NCBI GenBank assembly: GCA_040954595.2
Contig: CM082589.2
Coordinates: 1,342,009 to 1,406,008, forward strand
Source of the DNA: Balanoglossus misakiensis
Taxonomy: Eukaryota > Animalia > Hemichordata
Direction: 5' to 3'
Length of the DNA stretch: 64,000 nucleotides
This document shows, one piece after another, positions 36,534-49,984 of the stretch (position 1 is its first letter; each line of letters starts with the position of its first letter). The position numbers and the translations under genes were made by a program. Under the pieces are notes generated by a model. The model was given only the letters and a program-made list of their open reading frames with translations, ran no database searches and was not told the origin of the DNA.

Positions 36534-39500
36534 ATGGGTTGCTGTGGTGGAGGAACAAAAGTCGAACCTTTTGATGTAAGTATAAAATTCTTGGATGGAA
36601 CTGGGATTATATTTGTCAAAACCCCCTTTTCCAATATCTGTTGCACAAACCGTCACCGAAGTTGTCTTTTTAAAAGAAAAATATGATAAATTAGTTTATG
36701 ATTCCCCGGTCTCATGATAAGTCATTTCTCTATTCACTTTTTTTCTTTTCTCTTTCATTCTGGACTGTTTGTTTCTAGCATATTTTTCTCCAGTTCCATC
36801 GGTTTTATGTGATTTGTATATCGAGTCATAAACTGCCAGATTGCAGTTTTGTTGGTAATGAATCGTGACCGGCCGAGTGTCAGAGAGAAAAATAAAATTA
36901 GAACACAAAACAAAATAACAATAGCTCGGGTACAGCATGTGCTGCTGGGATCACGTTATTTTAATTATTCAATATTAATCCCATTCAATCATTTTATTTT
37001 GTGATAAACTACCAGATAAATGCATTTGCAGTATGTTTCGCATATCTGTAAACAATTGGTATCCAATTACTGAAGGATTCGGATGAAAAGTGTACGCCGA
37101 TAATGAGGCAGTCAATTTTTGAAATGAATCCCTTGCGAAAGATGCGCGATGAGCGAATTCAATATTAGGACGCAGGAGTTTATTTCAATTATTGTAATGG
37201 AACAAAACTAAATAATGAATTCCTTATCAATGAGAGCGAGTTCGACAGCAGTTATCAGAGAAACTAAGCAATCTTCTTTTGTGTTCTATTTCAGCTGAAA
37301 TGTCAAATTAATTACCAGTCTGCAGTCAGATACGATTCTCTTACAATGCTGAGTTTTGGGTGATCCAATTATGCAATATTGTGTCAGTCTGAAATTTTGA
37401 ATCCAAATGTATAATAGCCCCACGAACGCACCAACGCCTGTTAGTACCTTCTATTTTTGTCGTAGTTGATTGATAGGTATGTCACAGACAGCGAAAGAGT
37501 ACCTACGCCCAGAACTATCCATACTTTTACTACCAGGACCTTTGGCCTCGCTATTACGAAAACATACTTTTGCGAAAAACAAACAAACAGATACATTCAT
37601 GCGTCTCATGGTAGTCGTATGATGTATATAGTTAGTATTATTTATCACTTGTCTGTCTGTACTTAGGTGGTGTTGAGATGATATAAACATGCAAGCAGAC
37701 AAAAAGTGGCAGAACCAAAAAATACAAGCAAACCCCTGGTACCAGTAATATACATTTTCCATACATAAGCTTATATAACTGAAAAAAATTAATACGATAT
37801 TTTTTTCGTGTTGTATGTTAGTTCAACTGGTATAGACCCGGTATACTTCACCAGGGAAATCATTTAAGTGGTATTTGTATTTATAAGCTCACAAACAATT
37901 AAAAAATGAAAACAATTTTAACGTTTCAGCAGAATATAATTATGTTCCACTGTGGTGGAGGCCAGTATATTTCCACTGAAAATATTAATAGACGCTTCGC
38001 TAAATTCATCGATGAAAGTAAAACGAAAATCATTTTTTAAGGGAAATGACCACCCAGTTCCCGTATCCAACCATCATCGACGTTTTTTTTTCTCGTCCGG
38101 TTGCTATAAATAAAAAGTCGTGGGATAATTGTGGAGATATTACAACAGAATTGCAAAACGTTACATTTATTGTTATCAGGGACCGCTTTGTGATGCAAAT
38201 GGTTAATGAACGGGAATACAAAAAGAAAATGACAGCAATCTCTGTGTGATATCGTATTTGCACAGAATTGGAAATCAAAATCTATTTTACTATAGCAAAA
38301 TCATATTCATATAAAGATATTAATTATTACTCGATTCAATACAACAGGCTTTACGTGTTGCATAACGATGTATCTTAACCTCCATATGATTTCGATAATT
38401 AATCGTCTGGTAGATATTGTGTGTGATGTGTCATGCGTCTGTAGAGGGCGCGGTTCGGGGTGCGCGTCGGTGCGCGTTCCTTTCATTTATGACGTCACAA
38501 GCAGTTGAGAAATACATGAAACATGTGAAAATAAACCAGTTTTAGGGAAATGGTGCGTCGGAAGGTATGGCGTCGCAATGTTAGGCGTCAGAAGGTAAGA
38601 AATGAGTAAGCTTGAGAAAAGTAAAACGACCCCCTCCAAGTCTTCTTTGCCAAAAGTTCATGATGACAATCAACTACTCCGTTTGATTTGATCACAGGGG
38701 AAAAGTGCCCAAGATGAAGAAGAATTCGATGGACCTATAAAAGACCGAAGTTGTCGTGATGTCCTCTGTTGTCTCATCTTCCTGGCATTTTGGGGCGGAA
38801 TGGTAAGTATTGATACGTATTATGTTAATTTTGTCGTTCTATCCTGAAAATAAACCGTCAAAAAACTTCATCTTTTCTTTTCATTTCAGGGTTACATTGC
38901 CTACGTTTCAATCCTAAACGGCCAACCCGAACGCCTTATTTTTGGAGTTGACAGTTATGGCAATGTATGTGGCGCCAAGAATTCGCCAATTGACAACGTT
39001 TCACTATCTGGTATGGATATGACTGATCGAAAGTAAGTTCCTGTGTTTTTGAACATATAAATGACTTTCCAAAAGGAAAGACATGTATAGTTATTTCTAA
39101 TTTCAATTTTTCATTGCAGGTATGTATTCTATTTCAACTTTTTGGCCATAACCAATCCTCTTGAAGACAGCAAAGTCATCTGCGTGTCCGGTTGTCCGAA
39201 TGGAACGTTTGTGACCAAATGGGATCTCAAAGATTACGCTGTATCTGAAAACATCTCACTTTGCAGCTATGATGTTCCCGTCAGTGATTATACAGCGCTT
39301 AGCACCACCACCGGCGAAACTGGCGACTGTCCACAACTACCGTTGACCAGTCAGTAAGTAAAGCGCCCTCAATAGTTTAACAAATAAATGCCTTTGTGTT
39401 TTCACGATTATAAAAGTTTTAATTCGCATTGAATTATTTATAATTCCAGGATATCAGTATTAAACCGATGTCTACCAGTTGACTTGTTATCTATAGCATC

Positions 39501-42500
39501 TGATTCTATTGGGTTTCTAAACGCTGACCTCATCGAGGTAAGATTTTCCAGTATCCTTGGTCAGTTGATGTGCAAATCTTTTCAATTTTGCCACACAGTA
39601 TTTTTCTAAATATGAATAATTTAATAACTTGAAACAAGAACATAATTATACCATTATTATTGCTCCATGTTCTTTCAGAAAATTATGAGTGACATTGAGA
39701 AGACCTGGTTACAGATTGTTTATTTGTGTGCAGTATCAGTTGGTAAGATCTGTACTTATAGAACAATTCCTTTATTTTCAGAATATACTGGGTAAAATTG
39801 GAACATTTCAGGACCACTTAAACCATTCACACATAGTATTTGAAACGTTTCAATGGTCCATGTGTGAATGCTATTATAGTTCTGTTATGGGTGCCTTGTG
39901 ATTCTATCAATTGGTGTGTATGCGTCCTCTATAGACAATCCAATCCCCTCCTTTTTTATCTTACAGGATTTGCTCTAGTGATGACACTAGTGATGCGATT
40001 CTTTGCCAAAATCATCATTTATATCGTCATCATCATCTTTGTGGTTGGCAGTCTTGGAGGCTCGGGTTTTCTGTGGTATCTTTGGTACGATGCTCACACT
40101 ACCTTGCAGGAAACTCCGGAAGATTGTAAGTTTGGAATGGCTTTGTAACAAGCACGGAAAACACTGAGAGATATGTATCAGATTGTTTGAACATACATAC
40201 ATACACACATGTACATATATACAATATTTTAGCAGTTTAATAAATTCCCATTCTATATTGTCCACAGTGCGATTGGATGCAGACAAGGAGAATGTTACAA
40301 CTTTGTTAATCTATGCGTCAGTTGCATCAGGTGTTACGGTAAGTTTAACCCTGATGAAATAATTATTTGCTGTAAATTGTTAAAATCATTTCACAATAAG
40401 CTACTTATCAAATGAGACTAATATACCCCATCTGGTGAAATCACTGTCTGTTTCTATGACAACTCATTCTGTATTTTCCACAGTTAATATTTCTGCTGAT
40501 CTTACTTGTGATGAGAAAACGAATTGGATTGGTAGTTGCATTGTTCACAGAAGCCGGCAAAGCCATTGCATATTCACCTTTTCTGCTGATACAACCATTT
40601 TGGGTGAGTCTCTCGGGATTTCTTAGCATAAAGATTCAAGTGAGATGTTCTTGGTGCCACAAATCGCATGAGAAGAGATCATATTACTGGTGGTATAGTA
40701 TTGAATCAGTGTCCATATACTGGTATGTAAAATAATACATTTTCCCATTCTTTCTTATTTCAGACGTTTATTGCTGTCGTTATTTTAGCTGGTTATTGGT
40801 TATTTGTCTATCTGTACCTGGCAACTGCAGGCCAACCCCAACTTGACGAAGATACAGGCTTTGTTGAATATATCGAAGATAAAGAAATTACTGTAAGTAC
40901 CAGAGTGCCGATAGTAGTAGCCTAAACTATATAGGACCCTTATAAGCCATGATAATGAATGAAAATATTGCATTTTCGATAAAAATGTTGTTTTCTTTGT
41001 TGTAGTATTTTTTCTGGTACCACCTATTTGGTCTTCTGTGGGGAGCAGCGTTTCTATGGGCGTGTCAGGAAATCACCATCGCCGGTGCTGTTGCTATGTG
41101 GTTCTTCACTAGAGAGAAGAAAAATATGCCAAGGTTTCCCATCTTGACAAGCATGTATAGAGTTTTAAGGTGAGAACTTGACCCTTGAACTTTTGAGAAC
41201 TCTGTAACCCTTTGTATTTTCAACATTTTTACGCATTTCACCAATGAACTATGATTTCATGAACTGTATCATTTGTGTATTGGTTGTTCCACACACTTGC
41301 ATCTTTAATGAATTTTGTCTTTTAGGTATCATCTTGGCTCGATAGCATTTGGGTCGTTTCTGATTGCTTTGGTGCAAATGGCAAGGATTGTTCTGGGCTA
41401 CATTCAATCTAAGTAAGTAAACTTTTATGTAACAAAAGAAAATTAGACACAACAGAGACCAACATTATGTTTTCTATTCATGAATCTCATTTTGCGGAGT
41501 ACCTATTTCGATGAAAAACATTTTCATATTTTGACTATTATACATTTTGTTCTTCTTTTATTTAACAGACTCCATGGTACAGAAAACAAACTTCTGGAGT
41601 ATCTTTTGAAGTGTATGCAGTGTTGTCTGTGGTGTTTTGAAAAGTTCCTAAAGTTTATCAACAGGAATGCCTACATAGAGATAGGTAAGTACAAAGTCTG
41701 TTTTGTAGACATCCTATAGTTGTCCTATATGATACTTGTGTCCTATAACCTACAGGATGTTAACCCACCTATAGGATATGTCCTGAAAAACAGTTCTGAA
41801 GTTTATGTGCTTCCTTGAGAAAGGTAGAAAGACATGATAAACTTAATATACTGCTATCATGATGCACTTTCATGTTTTTCATTGCAGCCATATATGGACA
41901 CAACTTTTGCAAAGCAGCCCAGAAAGCGTTTACAGTGATTCTGTCCAATGCGCTGAGAGTGGCGGCCATAAATTCCGTTGGTGACTTTTGTCTCTTCTTG
42001 GGCAAACTGGCTGTTGTCGCGGCAACTGCTGTTATTGGTATTGAAGTCTTCCTCAAGGTTGGTCATTGTGTTTCTTGTTTACAAGTGAATGAATGAATGA
42101 ATGAATGAATGAATTCATGAATGAATGAATTCATGAATGAATGAATGAATGAAGGCCATGTTGACTTTATTTTTTCAGACATATTCTTCTCTAATACTGA
42201 AACACTAAGTATTTCACCTAATAGGACAGCTTGTATATGAAAAAGACATAGTTGTTGGTAGTCCAGCATTCTCAAGGTTTAAGTTGCTCAGAAAAAAAAT
42301 TATGCTTTGTATATTTTGTCATTGTATGTAAGATATAAAATTTTTGTCTATCTTTGTGTTCTCAGGATGTGGAAGATGTTCACTATGAAGCTATTCCAAT
42401 AGCACTGGCTTGTGTCTTTGCCTTTATCATCAGCCATACGTTCCTCTCAGTGTACGAGGTATACAAACATCTTTTTTTTCTTAAATACATGTAGCTAGAA

Positions 42501-42896
42501 ACATTTGTAATTCCAAGAAAATGACATGACATAAAGTGAAGAAAGACACATTTTTGTTTGAGAAAAATACTTATTTTTCTATTTGCAGATGACAATCGAC
42601 ACAATATTTATCTGTTTCTGTGAAGACTGTGAAATGAATGATGGTGTCACAAAACCATATTTCATGAGTTTGAACTTGATGGTAAGTAAAAAAATAACTC
42701 GAACAAGTTTTTGGACTCAATATACAGTATGTTTTAATATGAGACAAGTAATTTTTTATGTTCTTCCCACAAACAGTCATATGTGGATAATTCATCTGAA
42801 GCCATGGAAGCCTCAGAAATGAGAGAAAAACAGAAGATCGCAGCCAAGAAGATAAACGATGAATTCTTAGAGAAAAAGGAAATGGCTAAGGATTGA
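36534..42896 (+). CDS. SLC44A1: Choline transporter-like protein (SLC44A1/CTL1-type)
   Basis: First exon 36534-36575 (MGCCGGG...), alternative 36350-36448. Then 38698-38802, 38890-39032, 39120-39353, 39450-39537, 39679-39742, 39967-40125, 40268-40338, 40484-40603, 40764-40892, 41006-41169, 41326-41412, 41569-41684, 41888-42057, 42366-42458, 42589-42681, 42777-42896. Motifs: [75 protein letters not shown]. Confidence 0.92.
42086..42153. repeat. (GAAT)n tetranucleotide microsatellite in SLC44A intron
   Basis: Directly visible, with two TTCAT interruptions. Confidence 0.92.
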
Positions 42897-43201
42897 GAGA
42901 AATAATTCATAAATATAATGAATTCAGGCCTGGAATGAATTAAAGTACAAATGGCAAAGTTGCTTGCTTATGAAACTGCCTTTTTGTTTGTCATGAAATA
43001 TAATACTGCACAGTACACATGACCATCATGCAAAGTTATAATTAGGCCACACCTTCTGTCAATCAGTATTATGTGAACCAATCAGTACAGAGGTGCTTGA
43101 TATCTGATAGCCAATCACAGATCAGAAAACATTGTCATTGTGTATATTGTAAATATTATTGGTAGGTATATTTAACTGGAAAATATTTATTTGTTTTACA
43201 T

Positions 43202-43369
43202 GTTTGTTTGTGCAGATATTAAGTATGTCAACTACTGTTTAACATTTAAGTCATGATCACCTTGATGATTTTACTATCTTCTGTAGTTTGTTTGTGCAGA
43301 TATTAAGTATGTCAACTACTGTTTAACATTTAAGTCATGATCACCTTGATGATTTTACTATCTTCTGTA
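43202..43369. repeat. Perfect 2 x 84-bp tandem duplication in SLC44A 3' UTR
   Basis: GTTTGTTTGTGCAGATATTAAG...CTATCTTCTGTA is repeated at 43202 and 43286. Confidence 0.92.
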
Positions 43370-44203
43370 TTTTATCTACACAGCCTTGAAGGGCCTTGCT
43401 TCTCAATCTCACCTTGATTGAAAATTTAAAAATTGTTTGGTTTTTCTTGTCATTTACAAAATCTTAAAATTTTAAGATCTGGCTATAATTTACTTTTAAC
43501 TTTTAATTACATGTAGGCCTCTGTCTTGCTGGGGGAGAGTACATTCACCAAGGCTACCATTTGCTGACATTTGAGCAAAGGAAACATTGTTTTTAAGTGT
43601 GTGTGTTTTTGTTTGTTTGTCTGTCTGTGTGTGTGTGTGTCATGTGCTCAGATCATGTGAGGACATGCCGTTGAAATTTTCATAACTTAAGAATATGAAT
43701 ATATTTTCTATGTAAAAAAAGCTATACCATCTGTATCGTCAATTTCTGTGCATGTTTTGGAAATAAAACAATTCTTCTATAATTGTTTCTGTTGTATGCA
43801 CACAAATTTCACAAGAATGAAAGTTTATCTCCTGTCATTGTGTAGTGTTAGTTTTGCAAGAGCGACCGTTGTAATTCAAAGATTATCTTTGAAACGAAAC
43901 GGTTCTAATGTTTCGCGATATTAATATTAGATTTTTATGTCGCTGCTTTTATCTCGTGAAGCAATCCGCTCGAAACTTTAGAAAGTCGGAGTGCCAAAAA
44001 TGGTGATTTGAACTTTGTATCTTCATGACAAAGTTAGGTGGTCCTTTCCACCTAGCATTTCTTTATTTCAGTGGAGGCGAGTTACAACGAACATGTTTAC
44101 CGATGAAGTCATCATGCCTGTCAACGCTAATGAACAGGAAGTCGTAGAAATCCGCGAATTTTGAGAAGAAATTTGGATATTTTAACCACAAAATTCCTCC
44201 AAA

Positions 44204-47200
44204 ATGTACAAGTGGGTCGTCGGGAAGGATTCCACGATAGAGTTTGTCGGCGACCGCAAGAAAGGCGGAGAAAAGGACCCGAAATCGGGTAAGTGTGCGA
44301 AGCTATGGTTGTTACATAACAGCTTGGCTGAAGCGCGATGTAACATTCCGCTGTGCGCGAACGCGGTAGATTTTGTCATAATTTTCGCATTGAATGCCTA
44401 CAAGATAGGGAAAATCACTAGCTTTGGAGTGGAGAATGCAACTTATCATTTATCGGTACGTATTTGCTTTTGTTTGGAAAAAGTGAAGCCGGTGGACTAT
44501 TTTTTCAGAGAAAGCACAAACGATTGTTTGTTAGGTGACCTTAGATTGAACTCTTGTGGCCATGTCCTCCGCTGCATATAATTATATGAAACAGTCAAGG
44601 ACACAGGAGGTCACTCGACTGTCCTGGATTAGAATCGCGTTACGTAAACATTTTTCGCGCACGTTTATGATTTATTTCTTTTGTTTGTTGTGTTATGCAA
44701 CTCGGAGTAAAGGTAGTCATAGCAATTGACTTATTATAGCGTGCTTTCCCAAAAGAAAGAGCTCAACACGTAAAACACCGCCCTAGTTTTAACCATGACG
44801 TAATACAAAATGGGGCCGCCCCTTTTTGAATATAATGGACGTGTTGCGTATTTCGTGTAATAAACACAAGGCGCGTCAGAAATCATAGTGAAAGAAAAAC
44901 CCAACAATATTTAAGAAAGCTTTGTTTAGTTTTTGAACCAAAAAAAGAATCACAAAAATACTTGTTCACAAGTTTTTTTTTTCAGATATTTTTGAATGTT
45001 AAAATTTGCATAAAAATATTAATACAAATATCATTCTGATGTTTTCTACTTCATTATGTTCATATAATAAATATAATATTTATATATTATATTAACATTT
45101 TTCTACTCCCTATGATAAATGGATTTAATTATGATTATTTTTATACAATTAAAATAATTATTTTTAAGTATATTTAAGTATGGATAAGTGTACCATACTA
45201 CATTGTATATGGATCTATTGATCTACTTATAAAAATATAAAAGTGTGTCACAGTACCCTGTTGTGTGCACGCACGTACAATGTACATGTGTGTGTGGTTG
45301 AAGGTCAGTGCAATTTAACTGCCAAGGAGGAGGTCATTCCCGAAGGCTTTGATTCGACATACACAGTTGTTTTATATGTTCATTTTAATGACAATATGAA
45401 CAAATTTACCCAACTGCATGTGATTGTCCAATCTTTCAATCAGAATTGAGGCCAAGGTATCAAACTCAAAGTGAGAGACAACTTGCCTGGATGTTACTTG
45501 TATTAAAGGCCTTGTTTGTCATGCTGCTATGTGTGTTCATTTCTGATATTGAACACTGGTCATCAGTTTTAAGAATATGTGTGACTTTTTGTTTACTTAT
45601 TTTCCTAACCCTAACATCTTCACATGGTTTGTTGTATTTGTAGATAAGCCAGGAAATGAGAGTGATGGAAAGCCGTCAAGAGCTTCTCGACGGAAAGGTC
45701 GAAGACCTCCTTTGAAGACAGTCAAGATAGAACCACCATATCCTGATGAATCAGATTCAGAAATGGAGACCACGGAAGATGATTATGACACCATGGAAGA
45801 AAGGGAAGAAATAACGGATGAGTGTGTTGGTCCGTTGGAAAGTACAGAGAAAAGCGGAGAGGAAGCTGAAACAGCAAGTTCAATGTCTATCAAGGAGGAA
45901 CCGTTGACGGAAGACGAGGAGGCGTACGGTGTCATGCCAACGAGTGTAGCATCCTCTTATGACACAAACTCTGATATGAACTCTGTCGGCGGATCTCAAG
46001 CAAGCACTGCTGATATGTCAGATAGTGCATGTGATCTGTCGACCGGTGGCACCCACCACAAGCAGCCACCGCCAGAGACTGCCAACAACATAGCCACTGT
46101 ACCTCCAACCCTGCCAGTAGCAAACGGTCTCATGCCGACGTTAATTCAGACCGGGACGCCGATATTCGTTGCCGCAGTGCCCTCCATTGCAGCAACTGTG
46201 CAGGCGGTGGACGCCAATAATCCACTTAATCTGATCGCATCTACAGCAGCTCTCGCGCCCAAAGTGGCGGTTAATAACAAGGCTGAAAAGTCTAATGAAC
46301 TCAGAAGCGACAGTGAGTATTGCGAGACAACACTTCCAGATTCCCCCCTTTTGACTTCTCGTCTACACTTCTTTCCTGGCACAGAAGGTCACGTTGTGTC
46401 TGAACTGTGTATCAGTGATCACACGTTTTGTGGCTGCACAGCCTTGATCAGTGATAGATATACATGCACCACATGTCGAAAATGCCAGTGTTGTTTCATG
46501 GGTAGCTTGTGTTCTTTTTTTATAAAGCCCAATGAAGCCTAATCGTATTTCTGTTACATTTCATTTCAGGTCATAACACCATGTATTGCCCATGGTCACT
46601 TCCGCTGCTATCTGTGCTTCATCAGGCGCTGCATTTTATGTTGGCTGCTACTGCAATCTGAGTCGATGTCTGCGTTGCTGTTTTTGCATGATGTAGAAGC
46701 CTAACTTGCTTTGCTGTAAGATACATGTAGCTAACCTGTCTGACCTGCTTCATAAAGGATGCTTATTTGCTGCTTGAATACAGTCAAACCTGTGTTAGTG
46801 GCCATTTTGTTATAGTCAGTGTTCAATTAACATGAACATTAATCTGTTGCATCACACTACATTTATAACTAAATACAAGGATTGCATAAACTATTTTTTC
46901 ATGGTCTTTTTGTATACGTTTCTTAATAGTATCTTGTAGAAAATATTGTTTGATCCGTACACGTCATTTGATGGATATTATTTTTTTATTCCAGGACTTA
47001 TTGCCTCGTCAAAAGCTGCGGCTATTGCCAATCGGAAGCGTGCAGACAAACAGGCAGTACCAGATCATCAGAAGGACGGGCGATACTTCGAGAGGAGACG
47101 GCGGAACAACCTCGCAGCCAAGAGGTCACGCGATGCACGAAGAGCTCGAGAAGAAGAAATGTCTGACAAAATCGCTCGTTTGGAGGCAGAAAACGCGATT

Positions 47201-47287
47201 CTTCGAGCACAACTCAGCGTCATGAAAGAGAGAGCAGAAAGTCTCAGGAAAAACCTTGACGACAGCTCAAGTACACCGTCTTCATAA
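44204..47287 (+). CDS. PAR-type bZIP transcription factor (HLF/TEF/ces-2/giant-like)
   Basis: Exons 44204-44288, 45644-46312, 46995-47287 join in phase 1. Basic region VPDHQKDGRYFERRRRNNLAAKRSRDARR is followed by the zipper LEAENAILRAQL. Long 3' UTR to AATAAA near 49883. Confidence 0.88.
46779..46930. mobile_element. Possible Tc1/pogo-type MITE relic in bZIP intron 2
   Basis: TACAGTCAAACCTGT resembles a common TA-target MITE terminus; the partner terminus is decayed. Confidence 0.25.
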
Positions 47288-49984
47288 AAATATTATTACC
47301 GTTTGTGAATTCAAAATTTAGTATCACTGTCATCATCAGTATAGCACAATTTCACACTTATTACAACTGAGAAGTCACTTCTAGTTCATTCATAGATATA
47401 TGCATTCCACATTCCAATCATTTGTGTGTTGGTTGTCCACTTCAGACTAATTCATTTTTTTTGTCAGCAGTCTCTTCTTTTTCCCTGGGCAGCTTGGTGT
47501 GCATTTTGTTGAAGTACAGTCTGGATGTAACTCCCCACTGAGTCTAAGTCTTATCTGGTTAATCCTGATGTAGGCTACGCTGTGGTTTGACAGAACATTA
47601 AACTAGCAATTTGGAGTGTACAACTCATTAGTTTACAAACAGTCCCTCCCTGTGTGGAGAGACTGTGGTTTACAGTTCCTACCTTGTGAATCCCCAAATC
47701 TATACCATGTGCCTTCTTATCCAGTTTTAATCATTTCAGCCAGCCTTTGCTCTTAAATCACCTTAATTTTCTATAATTGTTATCCTTGTAGCTTGATAGT
47801 TTTGATAGCCAACATACAGACCACACACTAACAAACTTGAAATTAGGATTTGGTATCTCTTCAGCAAACTTCACGTCTTCTACAAATCAACTCAGCTTAT
47901 GCCAGAACTTGTATCTGAACTCAGAAGCAATCTACCTCATGCAGACATTTTCAGGTAAAATTTGGCGGGAATTCTTCCAGTTCCTTGTTTTTAATACTAA
48001 CCAAAGTCTTTGTGTTGTCAGGTAGACTGAGCTATAGCGTAGTCATCATTCTTGCAAGTCTCAAATGCATGCCGTCATATTTTTAAAACCAGAGCACAGC
48101 ACAAATTCTTGAAATTGAGTTGGAATTATTTGATTCAGAAGTGACGCAGTTGCTAATCTATCATTTCACTGAAGTTCATGTGTGGCTTTATCAAGGTTGT
48201 TTTAGTTTATTCGGTACAAGGTCAAACAGTTTTGTTGTAGCTGTTGCGAGTTTTAGCACAAGTTGTCCATCAAGGGCTCAAGTTAGGGCTAAGATTTTTC
48301 AGTGCAATTCTGAGGTCTTCACAGACAGGAGGGAAGATGTTGATGTCATGGGGAAATCTGCAGCTTTCTTGGATTGAAAGTTATCTTGCCAGATGAATTT
48401 GTCTTGCTACTTGGACATCCTCTTTGAGTATAGAAAGTACCTTTTTGGTCAGTTTATTTATTTTTAATTTTTGTTTCCAGGTGTCCAAAATTTGAAAGTA
48501 CATTTGCTGGTTTTGACTGCCCAGAATGTAATCACACAGATTAACAAGTAACAACTTATTTGTGCCCAGTGACATATACATTGCTGAATGTAAGCTGATT
48601 TCAAAAATATAGAGTTCAGAAATATTTTATCCATGCAAGTAGTTTTGGGGACAATTTTACCTCAGTGAGAATGTATTTTTTTTTAGAATCTGCAGGTTGG
48701 AACAATCAGGCAAAATTTCATAACAGTTAATTACTTATATTTTCAGCTTTATACCCATGGCTAATAATAATTATTTGTCATTTAGCATATAATATAATGT
48801 TGATTGATAAAGCTGATTCTGATTTATAGCAAATATTTTTTTTTCTTGACTCTGGAATTTAGCAAAGGGAGTAGAATTCTAGACATATCAGAATTCTGTA
48901 CATTTCTTGTGAATTGTGAATAATTATGGTAGTATCAATTTACAAGAAATAATCATGTAAATTAGAATAAGTTTTAATCCATGATAAGTCTATTTTGTAG
49001 GAAGTAGAAGTGGATCTAAATAAGATAAGTGTTGTATCTTCTTCAACTCATACCGGGATACCTCTGCTGGGCTTTTTTCAGCACAATCATGAACTTTGAA
49101 CCGTGACCTGTGACCTTTCAAGCAAATGAATTCTTGTTCAGTATTTTGAAAACTGATCACGTTTTTCGATTTTGTCTTTTTTTTAAAAGAAACAAGGTTA
49201 TGTTACATGTTATCTTAGATCAGGTGTTGATTTTTGTAATGTAGTGGTAATAGTGTAATAGTTTTGATTGTACATCATCAGTGTAATAGTCAGTTTTATG
49301 AAAAGTTGTTCTTTTAATGTTTATTCTAGAAAAGTGAGCTTTTTGGGCTTGTACAGCTGCAGAAACCAACACTAGGGTTGTCTCAATATGACAATGTTGT
49401 CTACCAACAACACCACTCCAAAATACATTTCTTTTTCGTTGCATCAGACAAGTTAGTCCAGAAATTTATGCTGCAAATTGCTTAATATAATATTAAATAT
49501 TTTTTACCCATTATGGGCCATACTGTTGCTAAATTACTTAGGTGTTCTATCAGTAGTACATACCGGTATACCTTACTTGCCTTGGCGAGTGAATCATGAG
49601 CTACCTGCTACAACCATTTAAGTAATTGAGACTGTTGGCTATTATACTTACAAGGGTGAGACAATGCCTGAGATGTAGGGCTGAATATACTTGCTGTATA
49701 ATCAAGTAAGTTGGTCAGACTTTCTATGACAATAGTTTAGTTGCCAACTTTCCCTGGTACAGTACTTGATATAGTTGTCCAAATTATCCGCTGCAATGCT
49801 GCATTTTCTCTCAGTACTATTTATATATTTTTCTCTTTCTTTTTGAAGCCAGAAACCTAGTTATTCATATAAGGCATTTCAAAATAAATGTTTGAAAAAA
49901 TAAGATTGTTTCAGTGTATTGTCTCGTATTTATATAAATGCAAACTTTATTTGGAATGTGTTTTATCAATACAGCAAAAATTGT

